In this document: one piece after another, positions 1 to 11,400 of the stretch | Numbering within the stretch: position 1 is the stretch's first letter | Layout of the letters: every line of letters begins with the position of its first letter | NCBI GenBank assembly: GCA_964573235.1 | Contig: CAZNIV010000002.1 | Span: 6,102 to 70,101 of the forward strand | Direction of reading: 5' to 3' | DNA from: an uncultured Gammaproteobacteria bacterium | GTDB taxonomy: Bacteria > Patescibacteriota > Patescibacteriia > 2-01-FULL-39-33 | Length of the DNA: 64,000 nucleotides | Position numbers and translations under genes: made by a program | The notes under the pieces: model-generated | What the model saw: the letters and a program-made list of their open reading frames with translations, nothing else | What the model was told of the DNA's origin: nothing | Database searches by the model: none

Positions 1-1329
1 ACCAAAAGAATCTTTTTCTAGTAAATTAAGTTTTTCCATTATCTTGGCAGTGGCCAATTTAGGATCATCATTTAAACGACGAAAATCAATTAAGGTCATA
101 TTACCCAATTCTTCTACTGGACCAACTAATTTTTTAACAAATTTAACATCATCCAATTTAGGACGCCTCGCTTCAATATTAATTGGGGGAATAATAGTAT
201 TAGGCGAGAGGCGCGGAGCAGGATAGGGCGCTAAACTTTCGTATTTAATCACTGGCTGTGGTTTTACTGTAACTGACTGAGTCTCAATTACTGCTACCTT
301 TTTTTCTTCCGGCAAACTCTTTAATTCAGGCAATTCCACCTTCTTTTCTTCTTTTGGCATTTTAATCACCGGCAAGCCATTTTCATAGCCAATTTTTGGC
401 ACCGATTTTTCATCGATAGGTGAAATGTCTTTTTTAACTTTATCTTTACCAGTTAGTAAATCATTAATTTTGGATTGCAAGTCTAAAATCTTAGCCCCAG
501 CTGGTTTTTCAGCCACTGGCGCAATTTCTTTTGGTTCAATTAACTCCTTAGGCTCAGTCAACTCTTTTGGTTCCGTCAATGCCTTGAATTCTACCGTCGA
601 TTTCTTTTCAGCCAACATTTTTTCTTTTAAATCCATTGGCATTTTTGGCACAAACGGCAATGACTTTTCTGGCGCTAACAAAACCTTATTAACTACCGCC
701 TCTTTTTTCACAACAACAGCAGGGGGGCAAATACCATCCGAGCATTTTTTAATCAAAGTTAATAATTTATCCACTTGAGCATCATCAAACTCTAAACCGC
801 CAATTTTTTTAGCTTTTTGTAAGATATTTCTAGTTTCTAAATCATCACGAACACCCTTAATTGAAGCGATGATTGTATTTTCTAAGCGCTTTAAAACCAC
901 CAAATCATCAGTAAAATAACCAAAAGCTTTAATAATATCCTGCGCCAACTGCTGAAAGTGATTAGAGGATGGCATTTCGGATGCTATTTTTCTAAACTGA
1001 TCAATTTCATTTTCATCTTCCATCGAAACATTAAAATTAGCCTTATTTTTATCAACCTTAACCAATTGCTGATATCTTTTAAACAACGCTAAAAAATTAA
1101 ATAGCACATCATGATTAATCCCACCCGCTACGCCCACTTCATTCATTAAATAATTACCAATATTTTCCTCAGTCACATCACCAACTACTAATTTAACAAA
1201 AGCCATAGTTAAATCAACACCGTATTTTGTCTCTAATGCTTCAATCACGCCAAAAAAATCTGAACCAGATAATTTGTTTCTAATATCAAGCGGTAATTGA
1301 TTAAACTTTTGTAAACTGGTTAATTCCAT
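1..1329 (-). CDS. Hypothetical protein, 3'-truncated by the window edge; part of the surface/secretion-like operon
   Basis: ATG at 1329 (MELTSLQKFNQLPLDIRNKLSGSDFFG...). The same frame is open at the segments I translated down to position 1 (...RPKLDDVKFVKKLVGPVEELGNMTLIDFRRL...). The Pro/Lys/Glu-rich middle has EPKEL(T/I) repeats at about 525-590. It is absent from the ORF track because no stop lies inside the window. Confidence 0.85.
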   Translation of the reverse strand, partial: MELTSLQKFNQLPLDIRNKLSGSDFFGVIEALETKYGVDLTMAFVKLVVGDVTEENIGNYLMNEVGVAGGINHDVLFNFLALFKRYQQLVKVDKNKANFNVSMEDENEIDQFRKIASEMPSSNHFQQLAQDIIKAFGYFTDDLVVLKRLENTIIASIKGVRDDLETRNILQKAKKIGGLEFDDAQVDKLLTLIKKCSDGICPPAVVVKKEAVVNKVLLAPEKSLPFVPKMPMDLKEKMLAEKKSTVEFKALTEPKELTEPKELIEPKEIAPVAEKPAGAKILDLQSKINDLLTGKDKVKKDISPIDEKSVPKIGYENGLPVIKMPKEEKKVELPELKSLPEEKKVAVIETQSVTVKPQPVIKYESLAPYPAPRLSPNTIIPPINIEARRPKLDDVKFVKKLVGPVEELGNMTLIDFRRLNDDPKLATAKIMEKLNLLEKDSFG

Positions 1330-1331
1330 AT

Positions 1332-2402
1332 TTATTTATTTTTTCTTTTTTGTTCGGCTAACGCCCTTAACTCTAATGGTGTGGCATTATCCAAAATAAT
1401 CTCTTCCGATTTATTTTTTTGATCGCTAGACTGGTCTGTGTTATCAATGATTTGATCCTCCACGGGAATAATCATCCATTGTTCAACTGGAATGCGATCA
1501 AATGCTTGGGGAAAAAATTTAATATTACGATAAACATTAAGCATTTTTTTAAGTTTCATTCTATCGGTTGAATCTAATCTCTTGGCGTTCTCTGAGCTGA
1601 TTAAATATTGAGTTAAAGCAATATTTTCAAAAAAACTAGAACCATTTTTTTCAATAAAATCTTGAATATAATTAGCCACAGTAGCTGAAACCATTTTACC
1701 TTTCAAATAAATTTGACCACTAGTTAGTAATTGCTGATTACTATAAAGCGCCGATTCTAAGCTATGCTTAAATTTTGGGTCTTCAATTAATAATTTTAAT
1801 AATACAAGATTATAATCCGTTAAAACTATAGCCATTGCTTCATCAGGAGTAAAAAATTGCACCAAACTTTCTTGAAATAATTTAGGTGCCCATTTTTTTT
1901 CTTCGGCATCATCACTCTCCACGTAAGTCAATTCGCTTTGAGCATCTTCCACTATATCTTCTGGGGTTGGTTCTTCTGCCTTTTTAGCCTCTTCCGCCTC
2001 GCGTTCACGCTCTGCTTCGGCTTCTTGGATAATCTGCTGTTGCCTTTCTACATATTCGCGATAATCAACTACATCACCACCATTATCGGCAATAAATTGA
2101 CTAACTCCACCGTTAAAATAGTTATCGAAGGTTAATAATCGCTTGCCAGCAATTTCTAAAGCTTTAGCCGTAGCCTCTTTGGGCTTAAGTTGCCAATTAT
2201 CTTGAAGATATTTTATCAAATCAGATACTTTTAAATCTTTAGCAAACAAATCAACACTAAGATCAGCAATTTTAGCATAACGATTTTCATCACTAATCAT
2301 AAAAACGGTTAATTCCCCATTTAAATCACCAAAAGATTCAGAAAAAATAACATCTTGAATGTTTAGTGGTAAATTTTTAATTTTAGGTATTAAATTACCC
2401 AT
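1332..2402 (-). CDS. Hypothetical protein (356 aa) with acidic coiled-coil centre
   Basis: Long ORF tightly packed in the operon. Its N-terminus (IKNLPLNIQDVI) resembles that of the downstream ORF (FNQLPLDIRNKL). Confidence 0.85.
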   Translation of the reverse strand: MGNLIPKIKNLPLNIQDVIFSESFGDLNGELTVFMISDENRYAKIADLSVDLFAKDLKVSDLIKYLQDNWQLKPKEATAKALEIAGKRLLTFDNYFNGGVSQFIADNGGDVVDYREYVERQQQIIQEAEAEREREAEEAKKAEEPTPEDIVEDAQSELTYVESDDAEEKKWAPKLFQESLVQFFTPDEAMAIVLTDYNLVLLKLLIEDPKFKHSLESALYSNQQLLTSGQIYLKGKMVSATVANYIQDFIEKNGSSFFENIALTQYLISSENAKRLDSTDRMKLKKMLNVYRNIKFFPQAFDRIPVEQWMIIPVEDQIIDNTDQSSDQKNKSEEIILDNATPLELRALAEQKRKNK

Positions 2403-2425
2403 AACTTACTTTAGAAAAACTTAAT

Positions 2426-5400
2426 TTAACTTATATAACTCTGCTTTCTTAGAGCATTTAAAATATCATCAGAACTCGTATCTCCGGCCGCAGCCCTAGC
2501 CTTTAATGCTTGCAAAAGAATATTAAATTTTTCTTCATTTCCGGTTTTAGCTAAACCATTAACCTGATTTGCTTTTAATGCATCAAGTAATTCAGGCGAT
2601 TGCAATGCGAGATCATCAAGATGTTCTAATGTAGCACCATTAATTGATTTATAAAATTCTTCCCTTCTACCTGGATTAGAAAAAATATTATTTACATTAA
2701 CACCCAAAGATACGCCACGGGCTGCCCAATCATTATCCTTTTTCTTACCATTAGCATCCGTTCTGTCGAGCGCATTCAATTTAATATAAGATTCAAAAGC
2801 TTTAATTGCCTTGGCCGTATGTTTATTAGATTCCTTAATGGTATCAAAAAATCTCTTATTATCAGCATCCGAAGCGTTATCCTTCATAGCTTTAATCATA
2901 TTCTCAGTAATGGAATTTTCATCCATTTTATTAAATTCAAATTTACCACTTCTGATTCCCTTATAAAAATCCAAACGACCGGCAATAGTGGTAAGATCAT
3001 TGGCCCAATCAGGGCGATTTTTATTCATTTCGTCATCAAACTTATCAACAGTAATATCATTACTAATTGAATCTCTAGCGCGCTCCATTGAAGCTTTGCT
3101 ATTAAAGCCATTTTTAATGGCTAATTGCAGAGCAATAGCTTGTCTCTTGGTGGCATCTTTTTCCATGTCAAATAAATTTTGAAGCATCTCCTTATTCAAG
3201 CCTTTAAGCTCTTTCATGGCATCACTAATATTCTTATCCTCCGCTTCTTCGGTAATGTTTTTAGTTTTATTTGTTGATGCTTGATAAGCGCTAACAAATC
3301 GTTTGCCCGCTCCACCTATGGTAGTAATTTCATTGCCAAGCAATGTGCCTTTGGCAATTTCCGACTTAAACTTATCATCCACTCCCGGATCCGCAACTCC
3401 TTTAACTTTGTCTCCTCTTTCGTTTATTAAGGTTCCATCATTAGTTAATATTAATCCCGGATCTCCAGCATCATTCTTTAACTGCAACACGCCTCTTTCA
3501 TCAATCTGCTTATACTGTTGATCTTTTTTGCCACGAGCAAAACGATTACCTTTTTCATCGGTATATTCATTATAACGCTGTACTACCTTACCATCCTTTT
3601 GATAAACCTTACCATCATCATCAATAAAGGCTCTGGCACTATCATTCCATTTATATGCACTTCTTACTGCTGCCGCATCAATTGGCCCACTACCATCTTC
3701 CTTCATGGCAATAGCCTGACCATTTTTATCAACCATTCCACCACGATCACCAGCCTCAACCGTAATATTACGCTTTAACTTATCTTCTTCTGGAATTTCA
3801 CCGGCAGCGTTAGCTTCCATTGACTGACCATTTTTATCTAACATATACTTTTTTCCGCCGGCATCAGCAAAAACATACCCACCCAGTTTTTCATTATAAG
3901 TGTGCTCCTTATCCTTTCCAGGTCCACCAGCATTAGCTTTAATACTCTCTTGTCTGGTTTGCGTTCCCTCATTAGAAGCGGCCAATAACCTTTCATCTTG
4001 CGCTCGCTTACTCTTTAATCTTTCGCCAAGCTTTAATTTATCAAGACCCAATCTAGTAAATGGATTTCCAAACGCACCAACAAGAAGACCGGCAGTCGTA
4101 CCCAGTCCAGGAATTACCGAGCCAGCCGCCGCACCTAGGGCAGCGCCCTTAGCCATGCTTTTAGCGGCACCAAAAGTTCCACTGATATGTCCACCAGCCA
4201 TTTTATCTATTCCAACGCCCACACCTTTAGTAACACCCCAAGTAGATGAAGCTACGCCCTTAGCCCTATCCAAATATTTCTTACGTTGATTATCTACAAA
4301 CTCCCTACCCTTATTCAGTACTGATTTAGCCACGCCAGCCCCGGCCGCACCCAAATCTTGACCCATCTTTAAGCTCATAATAAGCATACCAATAACAACC
4401 ATAGAACTAAGAATCCCTTCGGGAGAAGCTAGTTTTGACAATGCCACATTGGTTGTTGCTGTTCCTGTACTACCTATGGCCTCCGCATCTCCTTCGGCCC
4501 CATTTTTTAACTTATCGCCCTTAGAACACATTATTGAAGAAGTATTTTCGGTCTTTGCACAAAAAGCAGGTTTTTGCTCTTCCGTAGTGGCATTATATTG
4601 TGCCATGCCACTTAAGGTGGCAAAAGATAAATACACAAAAAACATCATTATCGGACCAGTGATTAAATTGGCTCTTAATTTGCTAGACCAATCTTTAGAA
4701 ATAGTGCTTAATTGCGGAATCATTTGACTCAAAAAATACAGCGGAGAGAGAATAACCAAAAACCATAATGTTATTAATCTGGCCAACAGCATAATAGCAA
4801 TAACACCAATAACCACAAAAGAAACTGTGCCCACCAATAATCCAACAATCAAAGCGACCACCATTCCCCAACCACCGGCGACAAAATCTTTAGTCAAACT
4901 AAGACTATTAGATAACCCCAAAGCCATCAATAATATATTTTGCCCTGATGTTTGCGCCAAAGGAGCAGCAAAGGTAAGCAATAATATTTGCGAGAAATCA
5001 ATCGCTATGCCCGTGATCATTTTAGAAAAATTAACCAAAATAGCCGTCATAATTACTTTTGGCAAAATGCTCTTGTAGTGATAAGCTTTTTGATCTAAAA
5101 CAGTACTCAAAGCCATTAGCAACATAACAATGATAAAAGCATTGTTACATAAATCCCTCACAATTACCCAACCACTTTCTACTACAGGAACATTAAGAAA
5201 ATTATTATAGGTGGCGATCCAGAGCATAACTTTTACCATTATGCCCACCATAAAACCGGCAAAATAAACAAATGGATAAATCAACCAAGAAACAATCATG
5301 GCTAACTTTGAACTACTATCCGTTGAAGCCGCGTCTTCGGCGCCAACCTCTCGACCCCAAAAAGCAATTACCACCATCAAAGACACTGCTAAAAATGTAG

Positions 5401-5443
5401 CTAATGCTTTTTTCTTATTTAACCGGTCAAATATCTTTATCAT
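2426..5443 (-). CDS. Polytopic membrane protein, VirB6/TrbL-like N-terminal half, glycine-zipper segment and large soluble C-terminus
   Basis: Signal peptide, then about 7-8 hydrophobic helices (GWVIVRDLCN...LVNFSKMITGIAIDFSQ...LARLITLWFLVILSPL). Gly/Ala zipper GAALGAAAGSVIPGLGTTAGLLVG. Family call is by pattern only. Confidence 0.6.
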   Translation of the reverse strand: MIKIFDRLNKKKALATFLAVSLMVVIAFWGREVGAEDAASTDSSSKLAMIVSWLIYPFVYFAGFMVGIMVKVMLWIATYNNFLNVPVVESGWVIVRDLCNNAFIIVMLLMALSTVLDQKAYHYKSILPKVIMTAILVNFSKMITGIAIDFSQILLLTFAAPLAQTSGQNILLMALGLSNSLSLTKDFVAGGWGMVVALIVGLLVGTVSFVVIGVIAIMLLARLITLWFLVILSPLYFLSQMIPQLSTISKDWSSKLRANLITGPIMMFFVYLSFATLSGMAQYNATTEEQKPAFCAKTENTSSIMCSKGDKLKNGAEGDAEAIGSTGTATTNVALSKLASPEGILSSMVVIGMLIMSLKMGQDLGAAGAGVAKSVLNKGREFVDNQRKKYLDRAKGVASSTWGVTKGVGVGIDKMAGGHISGTFGAAKSMAKGAALGAAAGSVIPGLGTTAGLLVGAFGNPFTRLGLDKLKLGERLKSKRAQDERLLAASNEGTQTRQESIKANAGGPGKDKEHTYNEKLGGYVFADAGGKKYMLDKNGQSMEANAAGEIPEEDKLKRNITVEAGDRGGMVDKNGQAIAMKEDGSGPIDAAAVRSAYKWNDSARAFIDDDGKVYQKDGKVVQRYNEYTDEKGNRFARGKKDQQYKQIDERGVLQLKNDAGDPGLILTNDGTLINERGDKVKGVADPGVDDKFKSEIAKGTLLGNEITTIGGAGKRFVSAYQASTNKTKNITEEAEDKNISDAMKELKGLNKEMLQNLFDMEKDATKRQAIALQLAIKNGFNSKASMERARDSISNDITVDKFDDEMNKNRPDWANDLTTIAGRLDFYKGIRSGKFEFNKMDENSITENMIKAMKDNASDADNKRFFDTIKESNKHTAKAIKAFESYIKLNALDRTDANGKKKDNDWAARGVSLGVNVNNIFSNPGRREEFYKSINGATLEHLDDLALQSPELLDALKANQVNGLAKTGNEEKFNILLQALKARAAAGDTSSDDILNALRKQSYIS

Positions 5444-5460
5444 TTTAACTTGATTAGGTT

Positions 5461-8400
5461 TTATTGTTTGATAACATAAACACCCTTAGTCTGCTCTGCC
5501 GTTCTTTCCCAATTATCAGTTACGGATATATTAATTTTAACACAACACCACGACTCATTACTAGAGATAGGTTTAATTGTTTTATTGCCACAAATAGATT
5601 CCGCTAAAGCATCTTGGCCATCACCACTACAAATAATATTATTTGCTGTTGAAGCTTCTTTAGAGTTTTCTGCCTTAATCTTCCAATAATCATAAGCATG
5701 ATACATTAAATAAGGCGCATCAGGATTAGCTCGATTATCTTTCATAGAAACATTAGAAACAGAGCTGGAATTGCTGTCACCCCAATTAATATTATAATTT
5801 TGAATTGGCAACTGATTAGAGTCAACCGAAACAGTAAAGCCTAATTTAACCGCTTGCTTTTCATAAGCCCAATTTTTATTTGAACCATCTAGAGTAATAT
5901 TAGTAGAAGTAACCACAGGGTCAATATAGCAGTAACTAGAATCATTAGCTCTCACATTTCCCACACAATTAAGGGTAGGTAAATCCCAAACAAATTTATT
6001 TAATGAATCTGTGCTCTCGCCATAGTGATACCAAGACCCTGCTACGTTAGAACAAGAATTGCCCTTATAATCACATGCGGTTGAAATTGTTCTAGAGCAA
6101 TGACCACTAATTATAATACTACTATCACAATCATTACTGTCTGAGCATGGTAATCCTGAATCAAAAATAGTACCACTTGGATCTGTTTTATAGCGACAAT
6201 TTTTATCTACCGTTTTTACTTCAGCGTATTCTAATAAACAAAAATTATTTTTTTCTATATCCGTACTCCCTAAACATTCACGGCCATCAAACTTACCACC
6301 ATCACAAACACCATTATCGCATTTAACATTACTATCACAAGAAACTAAACTATTTAATACAGACGAAGGTGTTGTGGTGCATCCAATTCCATCATTAGGA
6401 CCACCAACACATACATAATTTTTAACCGGATTATATGGGTCCTCCATACAAATACCATCCCTAATATCAATAAATGCGCCATAGCAATCCTTATTAGCCT
6501 CTGCCTGACTCAATCCGAAGCACTCACTAGAAGTACCATAAAATAAACTTGAGAAATCAGTGAAATCAGCACAAATACCCTTACCCGTTGTCGTCTTCCA
6601 ATTTTCGCAACTATTCGATACTGAATTAACACTTAAACAAGTAGTTGAAGCGAATGCGGTTGATGAACTAAACCCATCATTAAACCCGCCCACGCAAGTC
6701 CATTTTGTTATTTTGTTAGTAACTATTGGCCAAGTACATGAGTCACGAGTTGCGGTTTTATCAGAACCCTCATCTTTAACACACATATTTTCTCGATCAA
6801 TTTTTTTATACTCCCATTCACCATAACTTCTAGCAAATATACTCTTTAATAATTCTCTTGATTCACCAATAGAGTTAGTAGTCGCTACGATTTTACAAGT
6901 TGTTCCATTATCAAGACAAGTATCTGGACTAAGCGCTGCAAAAGGATAACACTCTTCACCAGTAGGGCAACCCAAATCACCAAGACCAATTGAAGATCTA
7001 GGTATAGTATTGGTAGAATTTCCTAATTGTAATTGAACACCGCTAAGAATAATAGAATTAACCACACCATATGCTAAACAATTTGTATGAGAAATACTAC
7101 ATAAACCAAAACGCTTACAATTATCCCCATCGCAACCAAAGGTAACACCCTTGCCCATTCCCATAGTATAAGGCTTCCCTCCATCCCACATATAAGGATC
7201 ATAGTCTGACTGTGGCGTAACCAATGAACCAAAGGGATATTTACCTGAGTTAATAGTTATGGGCACTAAGTCATTTCGCAATAAACGCACATTTAATACC
7301 CCACCTGGGTTAGTCAACCAAAAATTATCACCAGCGGAAAGCCTACTATACCAAGCCTTGCTATTGCCCGCATCGTCAACCACTTGCTCTACATACTTAC
7401 AGTAACCAACATTATTAGAACTAACCGCCTTATTATAATCCATTATCGTACCACCATCAACATCTTTCAGATAAACCTGAACACCTTTTTCTTTTTCATC
7501 AAAATAGGAATTATCATTCTTTTTAATTTGTTGCAAATCACCATTATACTCATACCATCCACTAGTATTTGCATCAGTATAAATCGAATCTCTCTTCACT
7601 AAATCTGCCAATACCGGCTTACAATAATCCCATGTTTTAACGCTACCATTTTTAAATAAACCGGCTTTTTTTATTTCATCATCATGATGATAAAAATAAC
7701 CAAATGGACATTCACCACAGCCAGAACCACGACACTGTTGTCTTAGCGTGCCACTTGGATTATAATTTTTATCTTCAATTTCAAAATTATTTATAGGTGA
7801 TCCCAAAACGGCATCCAATAAGTTTCCAGTTAACGCCGTAACCTTAGGAAAGGTATAGCTAGGATGCCAAAAGAAAACAGTATTAACGCCAGCATAAATA
7901 AGACCAGGAGGGCCAAGCCACTTATACCAAGCGGCGCTATTCCAAGCCGATTTTATTGTTTTACTGGTATAATTAAACAAAACCACTTCGCGATGCTCCA
8001 CCAAATGCATATCACCCTCAAGAGCGGCACAATAATAAAGTGGGAAACTCTTAGAGAAATAATAAGGTTCGCCATCACCCTTAATTTTATCAACTGGCCA
8101 CCACTGCAAACAAATCTGTGGGTTATTAGGATCGGAAACCATACAAAAACCTTGCCAGCCATTATACATGTCACCATTTTTAACATAATTACAAGCCTGG
8201 GAATCACCTTCGGGATATAAACGACAACTACGAGAAATATAAATATTGCTATTATTTACATCCTTTCCGGCCTCTAAAATTGGCTTTAAACTAATTAGGT
8301 CAAACAAAGAATAACCACTAACATCACATTGTCCATCAAGATTGGAATCCAAGCACCCAGTTGTTACCGTAGTACTAGCCTGCTGAATTGTCATACACTT

Positions 8401-11400
8401 AGTATTTTGACCAGAGCCAACGGTAGCAAAACAATTTTGCACACTTACATATAAAGCGCCACCATTTTGATAAACCTCAGGTGGTAATGGCTTACTAATT
8501 CGTTGCCAAGGCAAACCAGCAGAAACGGTATCAATGACACGACCATTAACCGAAATCAAAACTTTAGCCTGAGGTGACGGATAAAGGTAGCTAGTATTAA
8601 TCCAGGCGGAGAAAGAATATGCATTATCGCCATCAACACTTATAGGATTAGAACGAACAGTTCCATCAGCATTAACTTTTAAATAACCAATTCCTTCTTT
8701 TCTATCTGTTTTACTAGTTGCAACCGAAAATTTATCTATTGTCCAGGCAGTATCAACTCCTGGTTTCCAACCAATTGGTTTTGGCTGATCGGCATTATAA
8801 ATATATTCAAAATCAGAGTTAGCAATGTTAGCATCCTCACCAACTTGCGACATTAAATGATAAGGATAATAACCCAATACCGTAGAACTACTCTTGCCGG
8901 ATGCATTAGGTATTTGTTTCCCTAACATTGAGTAACCAGTCTTGTTAATATCTAACCCTTTATCATAAACCGAAATTTTATTCTGATTATTAACAAACAA
9001 AGAACAATTACCCATACCATCTAAGGCGGAACATAACGCTAGACCTAAGCACTGGTCACTAGATCCAAGCACCGGATTAGGATCGTTAACATTTCCTTTC
9101 TCAAAGGTATTACAATATAACCAAGAAGCACACTGTCTATCTGGTTGAACTTTAATCACGGCATTAGCGCTAACATTAGACTTTAAGCCACTACTATCGT
9201 CATTCGCCTTATTAACAGCTATTGCCTGACTAGTGCCTACATTCTTATTTTCAATATAGTCCGCATCATAAATCAAATAAGAGCGATCTCTAGTACTAGG
9301 GTTATCGGCATAATTAACAGCACCGCGATCATTTAATAAAACACACCCCTTACGATAATCCACCATACCCTGACAACTAGCTCTACTATCAGTCATCTGA
9401 TCTGATAAATTATAATAAACTCCTGATTCTGTTAATTTTACATCAGTAACACTACCACTGGCGCCAACTAATAGGGTGCAATTTTTAGTGTCCCTTGCAT
9501 ACAAGCGACCACTGACCGAAGATGATGCTATTAAATTATAATTCAAAGATGCTGAACTGCCATCACTAGAAATAACCATGGAACCATCTGGCGACCGCAT
9601 TGAACCTTCACTACACTTAACATCAATGGCCACTTGACCATCTGCTAACATTGATAAGGAGTATAACCTATCATCTATCAAGTTAACATCCTGACTTACT
9701 ATTCCAGTCACAAAAGAATGAGTGACCTCTTTTTTATAATTAAACCCAATACTATTAATCTCCCAACCGTCTGGACGATTTATATCTCCTAAGTTTTGAC
9801 TAAAATCACCATTATATAATAAGCTGGCATAATTATTAGTTAATGGATCAATGAATTCCGTACAAGAGCTTTGTGAACTAGGGCAAACACCAGCCCATTT
9901 CATATTCTGATCTGGTTGTAACTTTTCAGAAACCACACCCAAACCAATAGTTTGATAAGGCGAAGTATCACACAAACCATCTTCGCCCATTCTGTACCAA
10001 GCCGGAGTCGAACTAGTCGTTAAAGATTTAAACTCACATACTTGCTGGCGAGGATCTTTAAAATAATTATAAGTATTATTAGTTGCGTATTCACCACACC
10101 ATAAATTTTCCGCTCGACATAAAGATCTAGAATATGTTTGCGGATCATTCTTAATATAGACCGTACTATAACCCATTACCTCGTTGCGATTATTAATAAC
10201 TGGCTGACCATAGGCCGAGCAACCCTTGTTCTCTGCTAAACAACTAAACTTTTTATCATTTACAATAAACGCTAAATTATCTTTTACCACTGAAACCGAA
10301 TCGGCTGTGGCCACAGTTCCGCCAAAACTTTCAGAAGAAGTAGCATTAGAATTATGGGTATCAATCATCGCTTCACAACCAACCGCCTCAGCGCGACATA
10401 GACTAGTAAATGATCTCAAATAAATAGGGTCAACATTATCAGTTTTATTATTATATGCTTGGCAACCTAACATTTCACCGGGATTGCAACGACCATTAGC
10501 GCAAGCCGTGCCAGTTGGATCGTCTAATTTATTATCACAACTATTGGGAGTGAACCAAGAATTTTCAATAACATAAACATTACCCTTCACCTCTTTGAGG
10601 GTTATATTGTCTATATACAAGTCATTGCCAATACTATTAGTAGCTCCTGGATTAATTGTTAAATCCTGCCAACCATCATCAGCAAAAGTAACAAAAACTG
10701 GACCCAAATCATAGCGTTGCCATTCATTGCCAATATGCACTTTAGGCACATTCAACGAAATGTTTTGCAACTGACTCTTAGCAAAATAATCACTCTGCTC
10801 TGAAGCGCTACTAAATTTAATACTCTCTAAGTCAAATCCAGCGCTACTGGCATGATCATTGTCGCCACCCGGATACCCCTTAGCCCAAAAACTTAAAGTA
10901 TAGGTATGATTTCTTTTAACATAAACCTGCTTAGAGGTAGTGGCCTTAGTGAACCAAGAAAAACCACCCACGGCAGTAGAAACAATACTTAAATTACTAT
11001 TACTACCACTCCAATTACTATAGCTATTATCAAAATTATCATTAACTAAGAAATTAATATCATTACTCAAATTGCCCGTATATTCTCGGCAACCCACAAA
11101 AGAAGCTGAGCAAGATTGCCCCATTTTTGGAACCGCCATATACACGCACTCCTTTTCATCACTCCAAAAACCATTATTACTAACACAATCACATTGCGTA
11201 ACAGAAACATTTTCATTATTCAACTCTGCGCATTGCGTAGTTAGACTTGGGTCTTGAGTTAGCGTACGACGATATGGATGACAATCATCCGTAACATAAA
11301 TAACCTTAGACAATAAGCGATAATAAACATCGCCATTGGAATCATAAAATTCTCGACAATCGGCATTAGGCGCAATATCAACACCATTAGCGTTATACCC

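Noticed and set aside
44-778. Plus-strand ORFs 44-226 and 425-778
   Set aside because: Antisense to the minus-strand gene 1-1329, which fits the operon.
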